Positions 19,876-29,801 are shown, counted from the stretch's first letter. The stretch: 64,000 nucleotides of DNA from Promethearchaeia archaeon (GCA_029856045.1 JAHQWG010000028.1:192001-256000); one strand, 5' to 3'. Notes: generated from the letters alone by a model not told the origin. Numbers and translations: made by a program.

Positions 19876-21174
19876 TTATCCCTCTCTTATAGCATTTTCA
19901 GCTGCTTTAGCTGCAGCTCCACTTGCATCTATAACTGAATTTGGAATGTCCATAGGCGCTCTACAGCAACCACATAAATAAATTCCCTTTTTGGAGGAAT
20001 CTAATGGTAAATATGCATTTCCTTTAAAGAAATTGTTTTTATCTAGATCAATTCCCAAAATGTTAGCCAATTCAGGAGTATCTTTATTAGGAATCATGCT
20101 AGTTGCTAATATTACTAAATCAACGGGAAATTTTTTCACTTTGGAAGTGTTCATATCTTCATAAATAATAATAGGATTCTTCTCATCATCCTCAACAATT
20201 TTTGCTACTTTTCCTTTAAAGTAATTTATTCCATATTCTTTTTGCCCTCTTTCAATATATTCACGAAAACCTTTGCCCCCTGCCCTTAAATCTATATAAA
20301 AGATAAAAGATTGAATTGAATTATCATGCTCGTAAGCAATCATGGCTTCCTTTGTTGTATACATACAACAAACAGAGGAACAATAAGGATTATATTTAAT
20401 GTCTCTTGAACCTACACAATTTATAAAGGCGAGTTTCTTCGGTTCTTTTCTGTCTGAAGGCCTTATCAAATGTCCTTTTAATGGGCCTGATGCACAAATC
20501 ATTCTTTCAAATTCTAAACCAGTTACTACATTTGGTAAATGTTTATAACCTAGATTTACCAATGGAGAAGGGTCAAAAGGTTCATAACCAGTCGCAACAA
20601 TAATTGATTTTATATTAAGATTAATTTCAGAATCCTTTTGCTCAAAATCGATTGCTTCTCTCTCACATACTTTCTCACAAATTCTGCATGCATCCTTAGT
20701 TAAATATAGACAATTTTCTGGATCAATAGCCATTATTGAAGGGACACCTTGAAGAAAATAAATATAAATTGCCCTTCTTTTTCTTAAAAATACATCAAAT
20801 TCATCATCAACTCTCATTGGGCATTTTTCAATACACATTCCACAATTAATACATTCTTCCGCCTTGATATAACGTGCATGTTGAATTAATTTTGCTTTAA
20901 AATTTCCAGCCTTTCCTGTAATTTCTTTTACCTCAGCTAATGTATGTAATGTTATATTTGGGTGACGATAACATTCTGCGAGTTTTGGAGCCAAAATACA
21001 AATCGAACAGTCGTTTGTTGGGAATGTTTTATCAAGTTGAGCCATTCTGCCGCCAATACATGGTTTTTTTTCAACTAATTCAACTTTCATTCCTCTTTCA
21101 GCGAGATCAAGAGAAGCTTGAATCCCAGCTATCCCTCCACCAATCACTAAGACACTATTTGAATTTTCTCCCAC
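19876..21174 (-). CDS. hdrA: HdrA-family protein, equivalent to the N-terminal module of the long HdrA
   Basis: GGGIAG, GGRMAQLDKTFPTNDCSIC, inserted ferredoxin, CVGSRD..CSSVCC. Confidence 0.9.
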   Translation of the reverse strand: MGENSNSVLVIGGGIAGIQASLDLAERGMKVELVEKKPCIGGRMAQLDKTFPTNDCSICILAPKLAECYRHPNITLHTLAEVKEITGKAGNFKAKLIQHARYIKAEECINCGMCIEKCPMRVDDEFDVFLRKRRAIYIYFLQGVPSIMAIDPENCLYLTKDACRICEKVCEREAIDFEQKDSEINLNIKSIIVATGYEPFDPSPLVNLGYKHLPNVVTGLEFERMICASGPLKGHLIRPSDRKEPKKLAFINCVGSRDIKYNPYCSSVCCMYTTKEAMIAYEHDNSIQSFIFYIDLRAGGKGFREYIERGQKEYGINYFKGKVAKIVEDDEKNPIIIYEDMNTSKVKKFPVDLVILATSMIPNKDTPELANILGIDLDKNNFFKGNAYLPLDSSKKGIYLCGCCRAPMDIPNSVIDASGAAAKAAENAIREG

Positions 21175-21196
21175 TATAATACACCATAATAAGAAT

Positions 21197-22087
21197 TTAT
21201 TTATTTGGGGCGTCTAAAATTTTAATTTTTTGTAATAAATTATTAACCCTTACACGGTGAAATTTGAGACCGATTTCTTCACCTTTAATTCCTAAGGCAA
21301 GAGCTATTAACTCAGTTAAATAAAAAACTGGGAAATTGAAATCTGTATTAAGATTTTTGTTAAGTTCCCTTTGATTAAAATCAAATTGTTGATAACATGC
21401 AGGACAAACACAAACTATACAATCAGCACCAGCCTTTTTTATGCTCTCAAGTTTATTTAATAATAATTTTTGTGAAAGTTCTTTATTACTTTTTTCAAGC
21501 GGATTTCCACAACAATCTTTCTTCAATTCATAATCTACCGGTTCGGCTCCAAGAGCTTCAACTATTACATCCAACGTTATTGGTTCAAATGGATCATCCC
21601 ATTGTATGATTTCAGATGGGCGTAGATAATGACAACCAGGGTGACATGCAACTTTTAAATCCTTTAGTGGTTTAATTATATTCTCTTTAATTAAATCAAG
21701 ATTTTCAAATAATACTTGGGCAAAATGCTTAATATTAATATTACCTTGATATTTTTTACCAATCTTATTTAAGATTGAATTAATTTCTTTCTTTTCTTCA
21801 GGGTCATTATTTAAAATATGTTGCACAGCTTTAAGAGTTTCTGTACAACCAGAGCATAGACTTAAAACATCACTATTATCATTCTCATAAAGACTTAAAT
21901 TTCTGGCTCCTAGAGCTAACCAACTCTTATGATCTAGTGCAGCAACTCCTGTTGGATCAGGACAACAAGAATATTGAGTCTGATCAGAAACATTAATACC
22001 AAGTTTTTCAAAGATTTTTCGAGCTGAGGCTTCTAAATAAGGTAATCTTCCTGGAATAACACAACCAAAAAAATATTTATAAGTCAT
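21197..22087 (-). CDS. hdrB: Heterodisulfide reductase subunit B
   Basis: FFGC, SCCPDP, CSGC, HPGCHYLRP, DCCG, CPACYQQFD (two CCG domains). Confidence 0.93.
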   Translation of the reverse strand: MTYKYFFGCVIPGRLPYLEASARKIFEKLGINVSDQTQYSCCPDPTGVAALDHKSWLALGARNLSLYENDNSDVLSLCSGCTETLKAVQHILNNDPEEKKEINSILNKIGKKYQGNINIKHFAQVLFENLDLIKENIIKPLKDLKVACHPGCHYLRPSEIIQWDDPFEPITLDVIVEALGAEPVDYELKKDCCGNPLEKSNKELSQKLLLNKLESIKKAGADCIVCVCPACYQQFDFNQRELNKNLNTDFNFPVFYLTELIALALGIKGEEIGLKFHRVRVNNLLQKIKILDAPNK

Positions 22088-22093
22088 TTTTTA

Positions 22094-22624
22094 CTACTTC
22101 TCTCCTTTTTCTGTTTTTAAATATCCATTTGTATTAATTTTTTTTTCAAAATTTGTAGCTTCTAATAATTTTCCAATTTCTTCTATGTTTGCTGATTCAA
22201 CACTTGGAAGCCCCAATTGCTGCCTTCGTCTAATTATGGGTGCGGTTAAAGGAATTGCTAACCCATATTCTAAAATAGCATTTCCTTGAACATTATAAGC
22301 TTCGGGATAATTTCCTGTTTGAACAATTTTGTTTTTTAAATTATCAAATATTTCTGTTAAAAATACGTTTTGAGGACATTCCTCTACACACATCTGGCAT
22401 GTACTGCATAACCATATATTTGGCTTTTGATCTTTTATTAATAATTCTTTCAAGCCTAATAATGATTCTTCAATAATTTTTCGAGGATTATATTCACCTT
22501 CAGTAGCTAAAGCAACAGGACACGCACTTGAGCATGCTCCACATTGATAACAATAATTTAAGGAGAAATCTTCTTTTACTATCTCTTTACGAAATTCAAA
22601 ATCTACCTTTAACATACCCATCAA
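22094..22624 (-). CDS. hdrC: Heterodisulfide reductase subunit C
   Basis: CYQCGACSSACP and IWLCSTCQMCVEECPQ; lies directly upstream of hdrB. Confidence 0.92.
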   Translation of the reverse strand: MMGMLKVDFEFRKEIVKEDFSLNYCYQCGACSSACPVALATEGEYNPRKIIEESLLGLKELLIKDQKPNIWLCSTCQMCVEECPQNVFLTEIFDNLKNKIVQTGNYPEAYNVQGNAILEYGLAIPLTAPIIRRRQQLGLPSVESANIEEIGKLLEATNFEKKINTNGYLKTEKGEK

Positions 22625-23284
22625 ACTTAATTCTATTAATTTTTAATTAAATAATATTGGAAATTCACAAGTACAATTATTGCATATTTTTTTAAAATCT
22701 CTTTTGGTATTAAAGAGTTTTATTATTTTTGATAAAATATCTTTTACATTTTCTTAATTTTTATATTTTCATTATTTTAGATGCTTCTATTTAATAGTCT
22801 TGTCTAATTATATATATACTTTTCTTAATTATTAAGGAACTCCTTATACAAATTTATGGAAATTACTGAAATCATACATTCTTTTTAACAAATAGTTTCT
22901 AATTTTTACTTTTTTAATTATTTTGATGGAAATTTTAAATTATTATAAAAAACAAATATATTATAAAAATTAATGATAGAAATCAAAAAATCTATTATAG
23001 AATATACTTATTTTTTAAAAAAAGAGAAATAAAATGTTCTAATTCGATAATCTAAATCTATTAATCATTATATAATATAAACATTTTAATAAACGTAATT
23101 TAAACATAAAATTCTATAAAAACATAACTTATTTGAAATTTTTAGCATTATAATTGCGTTATTATTGATAAGATAATAAAAAAAATAGAAAAAAATTATT
23201 AAAAAAAAAATACAAATAAATAAAATGGCTAAAATTATTATTTTCTTGATTTTAAAAAAAAAACTTTAAATAAAGAAATTTAGC

Positions 23285-24247
23285 ATGGATATTAATAAAT
23301 TACAGACAATACTTAAAAATTACCGAGCGGATCTTAATCTCATTGCCGTTGCAGTGGTTGACCAAAATGGGTTCATCATTGCTTCTGAGATGAAGAATAT
23401 AGAGGAAGATGATACTGTAATTGGTGCAACGACAGGTTTAATTGATTCTTATTTTGAAAGAATCAAAAAGGAGTTTGGATCTAAAGCAGGATTTTTTAAT
23501 ATTACATCAACAGAAGATAAAAAATTCGCATATTGTGGTGCTGGAACCGATGCAATCCTAACCAGTATTTCATTTAAAGATATTCCTGACATTAAATTGA
23601 AAGTATATTCGCTCCATATTGCTGAAAAAGTTAAAAGGATACTTGAGGGTGAAGAAAATATTTCACCAGAAATTCCAGAAATTGTAAAAGTAATGGGGAA
23701 CATGAAAGAAGGGACTTTACCAAAAGGAGAATTTACATCGAAACTTATTGTTACTGGTGATTTTCAAGTTGGAAAAACTAGTTTGATCAGGCGATATGTT
23801 GAAAATAAGTTTTCCGAAAGTTATATCTCTACTATTGGTGTTGATATATCGAAGAAATCAGTAAATTTAAGTGGAAATTGTACGATAAATTTTATTATTT
23901 GGGATATTGGAGGTCAAATTAGTCAGATGGCGCCCTATAGAAGTAGATTCTATCATGGGACTAACACAGTTTTTATTGTTCTTGACCGTACAAGAAGGTC
24001 AACCTTGGATGGTATAAATAAATGGTATAAAGATATGAAAAACTCATTTCCTGACATTAAAAACATTCCTATAGTTCTCCTTGGTAATAAATCAGATCTA
24101 ATCGAAAATATTGAAGTTACGAGTGAAGACATGAAAAGAAAAGCTGAAGAGTGTGGCTTTCATTTTATTGAAACAAGTGCAAGAACTGGAGAAAATGTTT
24201 CTGATGCTTTCAATTATATTGCTTATCGCATTCTGGAGCGTTTTTAA
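23285..24247 (+). CDS. Roadblock/LC7 domain fused to a Rab-like small GTPase
   Basis: N-terminal AVAVVDQNGFIIAS; G1 GDFQVGKTS, G2 STIGVD, G3 WDIGGQ, G4 NKSD, G5 ETSAR; no C-terminal prenylation Cys motif. Confidence 0.9.
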   Translation: MDINKLQTILKNYRADLNLIAVAVVDQNGFIIASEMKNIEEDDTVIGATTGLIDSYFERIKKEFGSKAGFFNITSTEDKKFAYCGAGTDAILTSISFKDIPDIKLKVYSLHIAEKVKRILEGEENISPEIPEIVKVMGNMKEGTLPKGEFTSKLIVTGDFQVGKTSLIRRYVENKFSESYISTIGVDISKKSVNLSGNCTINFIIWDIGGQISQMAPYRSRFYHGTNTVFIVLDRTRRSTLDGINKWYKDMKNSFPDIKNIPIVLLGNKSDLIENIEVTSEDMKRKAEECGFHFIETSARTGENVSDAFNYIAYRILERF

Positions 24248-24321
24248 TTTTTTTATAATAAATGAACATTTTTAATATTTTCAATATTAATTACTTATGT
24301 AAACATCATTTAAAAAAAAAT

Positions 24322-24328
24322 GGAGGTG
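24322..24328 (+). promoter_or_regulatory. Shine-Dalgarno site for the GTG start at 24340
   Basis: GGAGGTG, 11 nt upstream of the in-frame GTG. Confidence 0.65.
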
Positions 24329-24339
24329 GATTAAAGAGA

Positions 24340-25257
24340 GTGCTGAAAGTTCTTTTTAATAACATTTGCATAACTTGAGATAACCGTGGATATTTATTCG
24401 GATTTTCTATTAGAGAAATTTCATATAAGGGAAGACATCTGTTTTATCTTGGGAAGGAAGAATTTTCAGGTCCTTGGTTCAGATTTAGAAGATCTGATCT
24501 TAAAGGAACTGAGGCCTCAGTACTTTTGAAAAACGTCGAACCAACTCCAATTTATAAGTTACTAAACACAAAAACAGGAGGGTCAATTGATCGAGTTACA
24601 ATAGATCTAGATCTCAATGAATACTTGAAAAAGAATATACATGATATAAATGGAGCAAAGAATAATTTAGATCTTTCTAAATCCATCTATATTAGAAAAT
24701 ATATTGATGTATTTCAATTTAAACAACCTTATAATATCGCTTTTTTCACGTTTAAAAATATTGCTCCATTCAAATTGGAAGATGTGTCTTTCTATATGTT
24801 TCTTGATTTTGATATCAATGGATTAGATGGATTTGATAATGATTTAGGCGTATTCGATGAAGAAGATGGAATCATTTACCAATATGATGATACCAATACT
24901 TATGCTGGTTTCTGTTCTGTTATACAACCTAGTAGTTTTGAAATTTCAAATTCTAATAAAATGTTATCGCGAGTAAAATCAATTCCATTAAATAATATCA
25001 TTGAAGGTAAACCCGGTGAAATAACTTCTGCACTTGCATGGAACTTTGGAACATTAAATGAGGGAGAATTGCTACAAATACCTATTATTATCTCTGGTGG
25101 ATTAAGCAAGGAAGAACTATTGTCAAATCTAAAAGAAGGCAAAGAAAGAGCTAATTCATTAATTCCGCAGGTATTAAAATCGATAAATTCGGGAGCAAGA
25201 CAAATTCAAGATGAAAAATTTTTAAAAATGAATGAGACCACTACAGAAGAGTGCTAA
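24340..25257 (+). CDS. Candidate selenoprotein, 305 aa, Sec at residue 13 in a CxxU motif; function unknown (extends the listed 24526 ORF)
   Basis: GTG 24340 gives MLKVLFNNICIT-[TGA 24376-24378]-DNRGYLFGFSIREISYKGRHLFYLGKEEFSGPWFRFRRSDLKGTEASVLLKNVE..., same frame as the listed ORF with only that one stop; SECIS-like hairpin just after the TAA. Confidence 0.75.
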
Positions 25258-25274
25258 GGTTCTCAAGTTTATAA

Positions 25275-25349
25275 AAAATCCAATTAATGATTCAATTAAC
25301 TAAAAAGTTTATAAGTAATTGATGAAAGGCTGGCCTAGCTTTGGATTTT
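25275..25349 (+). promoter_or_regulatory. Eukaryote-type SECIS-like element in the 3' UTR
   Basis: Helix I AAAATCCAA (25275-83)/TTGGATTTT (25341-49); core ATGAT (25287-91)/TGAA (25323-26); helix II TCAATTA-a-CT/AG-TAATTGA; apical loop begins AAAAA (25302-06). Confidence 0.75.
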
Positions 25350-25433
25350 ATTAAATAATTCTTTTTTTAAAACTTAATTAACAATCCCAACATTATCTTT
25401 AATATAGAATATAATCGATTTACGGATTTTTTT

Positions 25434-28211
25434 ATGAATGCTAATAAGATTGTAATTACACCAGAAACTCATTGGGATAGGGAATGGTACTTACCCTTTC
25501 AAGAGTATAGAGCAAGACTTGTCCAGCTTATGGATAGATTATTAGAAATTTTAAGGAAGGATAAAAATTATTCTAATTTTACATTAGATGGACAAACGAT
25601 CCCAGTATTAGATTATTTAGAAGTAAAACCCCAAAAGAGAGAAGAAATAGAAAAATATGTAAAAGAAGGTCGCCTTTCGATTGGACCTTTTTTCATTTTG
25701 CCGGATGAGTTTCTTATCAGTGGTGAATCAATGATAAGAAATTTAATGTTAGGGCATAAAATTGCCAGATCTTTCGGAAGAATAATGAAAGCAGGATATA
25801 TTCCAGACCCATTTGGACACATTGCACAGCTTCCACAAATTTTAAGCGGTTTTGAATTGCCATCCTTTTTATTTATGAGAGGATTTGGTAATGAATTTGA
25901 AGAAAACAACCTTAATATGGAATTTAATTGGCAAGCTCCGGGTAATGCAGCCTCAATTTTAGCGATACATTTAATAATGGGGTATGGTTCAATTGCAAAT
26001 ATTAATACAAATATACATAAAGGAAAGTACAAAAGCGCTTTAAGACAAATAAGAAGGCGAGTTAAGAATTTGGAAAAATATATTACATCTGACGTAGTTT
26101 TATTGAATAATGGTTCAGATCATTTGAATGCTCAACCTGAAATCTCTATAATTGTGAAACAGTGGAATGAAGAATATGGTAAAGATAAGATTTTAGTCCA
26201 GCAAGATTTTGAGTATTATATTAAAGAAGTATTAAAATCTAATCCTATATTAAAGAATTATCAAGGAGAATTAAGATGGGGTAAATATTTTCATTTATTA
26301 TCTGGTGTATTTTCAGCCAGAATGTGGATAAAGCAACAAAATACTAAAATTGAACATTTTTATGAAAAATACGCAGAACCATTCTCTACAATGGCTTGGG
26401 CGTTAGATAATATCTGTTCTTTTGAATATCCAAAGGATTATTTATGGACAGGATGGAAATGGTTGATAAAAAATCATCCACATGATAGTATTTGTGGGTG
26501 TAGTATTGATGAAGTCCATCAAGAAATGAAAACAAGATTTCAATGGGCGGATCAAATTGGAAATGAAATTTTAAAGGATTCGTTTTTAGAAATTGTTAAA
26601 CAAGTAAATTTGGACAAAACTGGGGATAAAAAAATTGCTCTATTTGTTCTTAATCCTCTCCCATGGGATCGAAAGGATATTACATTTTTTGATTTAATAA
26701 TTCCTATAAAGGAAAAGTCAGAACAATATCCAAATCCCATTAGATTGGTTGATAATAACGGAAAGGAAATTCCGACACAGAACTTTTTGATTGAAGAACA
26801 ACCAAGATACACAGAAGAACATAATAGCACTTATCGCTTCACATTTTTAGCAGATGTCCCGGCATTAGGTTATAGAGTCTATTATTTTATTATGGGAGAA
26901 AGTCAAAAAGATCTCAGCAATCAAAAAAATTTAATCTTAAAAGCAGAAAAGAACACATTAGAAAACACATATTTTAAAATCATAATTAACGAAGATGGAG
27001 CATTAAATGTATTAGATAAACAAAATGGCAAAAATTATAAAAATTTATGTGTATTCGAAGATGTTGGAGATTGGGGCGATGAGTATGATTATTCATGGCC
27101 CAAAAGTGGTACAGGAGATAGACGAATATTATCAACTAGTTTTAAAGATTGGAAATATAATCTTGTTGTGAAAGGACCTACCCAAATAACTGGTAAAATT
27201 GAATACACTTTCAATCTTCCAGTATCATTATCTAAAGATCGTTCTGAACGAGCCAAGGAATTAATTAACAATCAATTGTCTCTATATATTAGTCTATATG
27301 AAGATATAAAGAGAATTGATTTCAAGGTAGAATATAATAATGATAGCAAAGATCATCGATTACGAGTTCTCTTTCCCACAGGCATTAAGAGTAAGGTAGT
27401 TCATGCAGATGGACATTTTTATGTAGTTCCAAGAAATGTGGAGTTACCTAATGATGAAAGATGGGCCCAAAAAGCACTTGGAACCAATCATGAAAAAGAT
27501 TTTGTTGCGGTTAATGATAATAGGACATGTATAGCTGTTTTAAACAAGGGTTTACCTGAATATGAGGCAATACAGAATGAAGATGGAACAATAACTTTTG
27601 CAATAACATTACTAAGGTGTGTTGAGTGGTTATCAAGGGCAGATTTAGCTACTAGAAGATCAAATGCAGGTCCCGATTTAAAAACACCTGAAGCACAGTG
27701 TTTAGGAGACCATACTTTTGAATTTTCACTGGTAATCCAAGAAGGTTTAGGTGATTGGTTAAATTCAAGAATACACATTTATGGTAAAGAATTCAATTGT
27801 CCCTTAATTTCATTTCTTCCTTCAAGTGTAAATTCAATGTATCATGCATTAAATAAAATCCTTTTCTTAGGAATGACTTTTTTAAAATTGGAATTACAAC
27901 ATAAACCAAAAAATCTTCCATTAAGCTTTAGCTTTCTAAAAATTGACAACCCCAATGTGCAGTTATCTGCCTTAAAAAAGGCTGAAAGTGGAGATTATTT
28001 AATAATTCGACTTATAAATATATCAAACAATACTGAAAAGGCAAAACTTAGTTTTTATAATAATATTAAAAATATTGAAATTCTAAATCTTTTAGAAGAG
28101 AAACCAACTAATAGAATAAAAGCAAAACTTTTTCAAATCGACACAAATCAATTGGAAATTATATTAGAACCCCATGTATTAGCTAATATTAAGGTAATAA
28201 TTTCAAAATGA
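25434..28211 (+). CDS. Glycoside hydrolase family 38 (alpha-mannosidase / MngB-like)
   Basis: THWDREWY, FTLDGQT, PDEFLISGES, YIPDPFGH (nucleophile), NGSDH, HPHDSICGCSIDEVH. Confidence 0.93.
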   Translation: MNANKIVITPETHWDREWYLPFQEYRARLVQLMDRLLEILRKDKNYSNFTLDGQTIPVLDYLEVKPQKREEIEKYVKEGRLSIGPFFILPDEFLISGESMIRNLMLGHKIARSFGRIMKAGYIPDPFGHIAQLPQILSGFELPSFLFMRGFGNEFEENNLNMEFNWQAPGNAASILAIHLIMGYGSIANINTNIHKGKYKSALRQIRRRVKNLEKYITSDVVLLNNGSDHLNAQPEISIIVKQWNEEYGKDKILVQQDFEYYIKEVLKSNPILKNYQGELRWGKYFHLLSGVFSARMWIKQQNTKIEHFYEKYAEPFSTMAWALDNICSFEYPKDYLWTGWKWLIKNHPHDSICGCSIDEVHQEMKTRFQWADQIGNEILKDSFLEIVKQVNLDKTGDKKIALFVLNPLPWDRKDITFFDLIIPIKEKSEQYPNPIRLVDNNGKEIPTQNFLIEEQPRYTEEHNSTYRFTFLADVPALGYRVYYFIMGESQKDLSNQKNLILKAEKNTLENTYFKIIINEDGALNVLDKQNGKNYKNLCVFEDVGDWGDEYDYSWPKSGTGDRRILSTSFKDWKYNLVVKGPTQITGKIEYTFNLPVSLSKDRSERAKELINNQLSLYISLYEDIKRIDFKVEYNNDSKDHRLRVLFPTGIKSKVVHADGHFYVVPRNVELPNDERWAQKALGTNHEKDFVAVNDNRTCIAVLNKGLPEYEAIQNEDGTITFAITLLRCVEWLSRADLATRRSNAGPDLKTPEAQCLGDHTFEFSLVIQEGLGDWLNSRIHIYGKEFNCPLISFLPSSVNSMYHALNKILFLGMTFLKLELQHKPKNLPLSFSFLKIDNPNVQLSALKKAESGDYLIIRLINISNNTEKAKLSFYNNIKNIEILNLLEEKPTNRIKAKLFQIDTNQLEIILEPHVLANIKVIISK

Positions 28212-28256
28212 ATTTCTTATAATTCTCTTTTTATAATATACAACTAGGGGAGGAAT

Positions 28257-29801
28257 ATGTCAAAAAAGAAATCTATATCTAACGTCAATCAGTTTATTTC
28301 TTTTGTTGAAACTCCTTCTGAAATATCTCAATTAATGGTAACATTAATCAATCAACCCAAAAATTGCCATATTTTGGATAGTGGTTGTGGTAAAGGCATT
28401 TTTTTAAAGAGTTTAATATCATCTGGTTTTACTAACATTGATGGAATTGAAATAGATCCGGGTTTATGTGATTATCTTAAGTCATCTTTTAAGGAGATTG
28501 AGTTATATAATGATGATTTTTTAATTTGGAAAAGTCCTAAAAAGTATAATGTGATTATTGGAAATCCCCCTTATTCACATTATAATTCATTACCAAAGAA
28601 AATTCAAAAAGAAGTTTTTTCTTTAACGAAAACTGGAGAATCTGATATATATTATGCTTTTATTATTAAATCAATTGAATTACTCAGAGAAAATGGAGAA
28701 TTAATCTATATAGTTCCTTATCAATTCTTTTATAATACTCATGCAGAAATTGTAAGGAAAAAAATTTTAGAAAATGGCTATTTTGAAATTTTAATTGATC
28801 TTGACGAAGTTAGACTATTTGAGGGGGAACACCCCGAAACTATTATTTTTAAATTTGTTAAAACAGAAAATACAAGTTATAAAAACATTGAAGTATTTCG
28901 AATAAAACATAGGAGAGCAAGACCAGAAAATATTTTTAAGAAATTTGTTGAATCTCTTAAAGAAAAAAAGGAGAATGAACTTTTTTTCTACTACACTAAA
29001 CAAAATTTTAGTAATTATAGAGAAATTTGGTCTTCCTATCCTTCAATTGATATTCCAGAGTATAAGAAATTAAAAGACATTGCCTTTGTTGGAGTTGGAT
29101 TAGTTTCTGGTTTTGATAAGGCGTTTAGGATTAAAATAAATGAAGATAAACATTATAATGAAAGAGAAAAGAACTTAATCTTTAATTTTATTAAAGCTAT
29201 GAATTGTAAAGGTTTTAGGGTCGAAGGTTTTGAGAAATATATTCTGATGGATGAAAAAATAAAAGATGAAATATATCTAAGCAAAAATTATCCAAATATA
29301 TATAAAAAGATGGTTGAATTTAAACAACCAATGTCCTCTAGATATATGCCGAATCATAAAAAATGGTTTCATTGGCAAGCCTTGAGAAATAAAAAGATTT
29401 TAGATAAATATATGGAATTACCAAAAATTTTTGTCCCAACTTTGGATCGAAGTAAAGTAAATAGATTTAGTTTTAGTGATATGAAAGTTTATCCTTCAGG
29501 TGATGTGTTAGTGATTATTCCTTTTAATATAGATCCATACTTTTTATTAGGATATTTAAATAGTGCCTTTTTTCGGGAGTATTATTTATCTCATGGTGCG
29601 AAAAGAGGTTATAGAATTGCTTTTACCCAGAGAATTATGTCAAACATAAAAATTCCTGTATTTGGGAATGAAGAATTAAAAAATATAGCGAATATCTCTA
29701 AAGAAATACTTAATACCAATGATTTTATTAAACGAAAATCTATTGATGATATTATTAGTAATGCCTTGAAAAAAATAAAGCAATTACACAAAAGTAAATA
29801 A
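28257..29801 (+). CDS. N6-adenine DNA methyltransferase (gamma class, TaqI/Eco57I-like), apparently orphan
   Basis: Motif I ILDSGCGKGIF, motif IV IIGNPPY, C-terminal FLLGYLNS TaqI_C-like region. Confidence 0.88.
   Translation: MSKKKSISNVNQFISFVETPSEISQLMVTLINQPKNCHILDSGCGKGIFLKSLISSGFTNIDGIEIDPGLCDYLKSSFKEIELYNDDFLIWKSPKKYNVIIGNPPYSHYNSLPKKIQKEVFSLTKTGESDIYYAFIIKSIELLRENGELIYIVPYQFFYNTHAEIVRKKILENGYFEILIDLDEVRLFEGEHPETIIFKFVKTENTSYKNIEVFRIKHRRARPENIFKKFVESLKEKKENELFFYYTKQNFSNYREIWSSYPSIDIPEYKKLKDIAFVGVGLVSGFDKAFRIKINEDKHYNEREKNLIFNFIKAMNCKGFRVEGFEKYILMDEKIKDEIYLSKNYPNIYKKMVEFKQPMSSRYMPNHKKWFHWQALRNKKILDKYMELPKIFVPTLDRSKVNRFSFSDMKVYPSGDVLVIIPFNIDPYFLLGYLNSAFFREYYLSHGAKRGYRIAFTQRIMSNIKIPVFGNEELKNIANISKEILNTNDFIKRKSIDDIISNALKKIKQLHKSK

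Noticed and set aside
9700-22624. Selenocysteine in HdrA or MvhD, as in some archaeal homologs
   Set aside because: All ORFs are uninterrupted with Cys at the motif positions, and I saw no SECIS-like core downstream of the operon
22625-23284. 660-bp AT-rich intergenic region as a replication origin or ncRNA
   Set aside because: No ORB-like repeats or stable structure seen; consistent with divergent promoters
24526-24528. TTG start given by the ORF track for the 243-aa protein
   Set aside because: It lacks a strong SD and lies inside a longer coding-like frame; GTG 24340 with TGA read-through explains the region better
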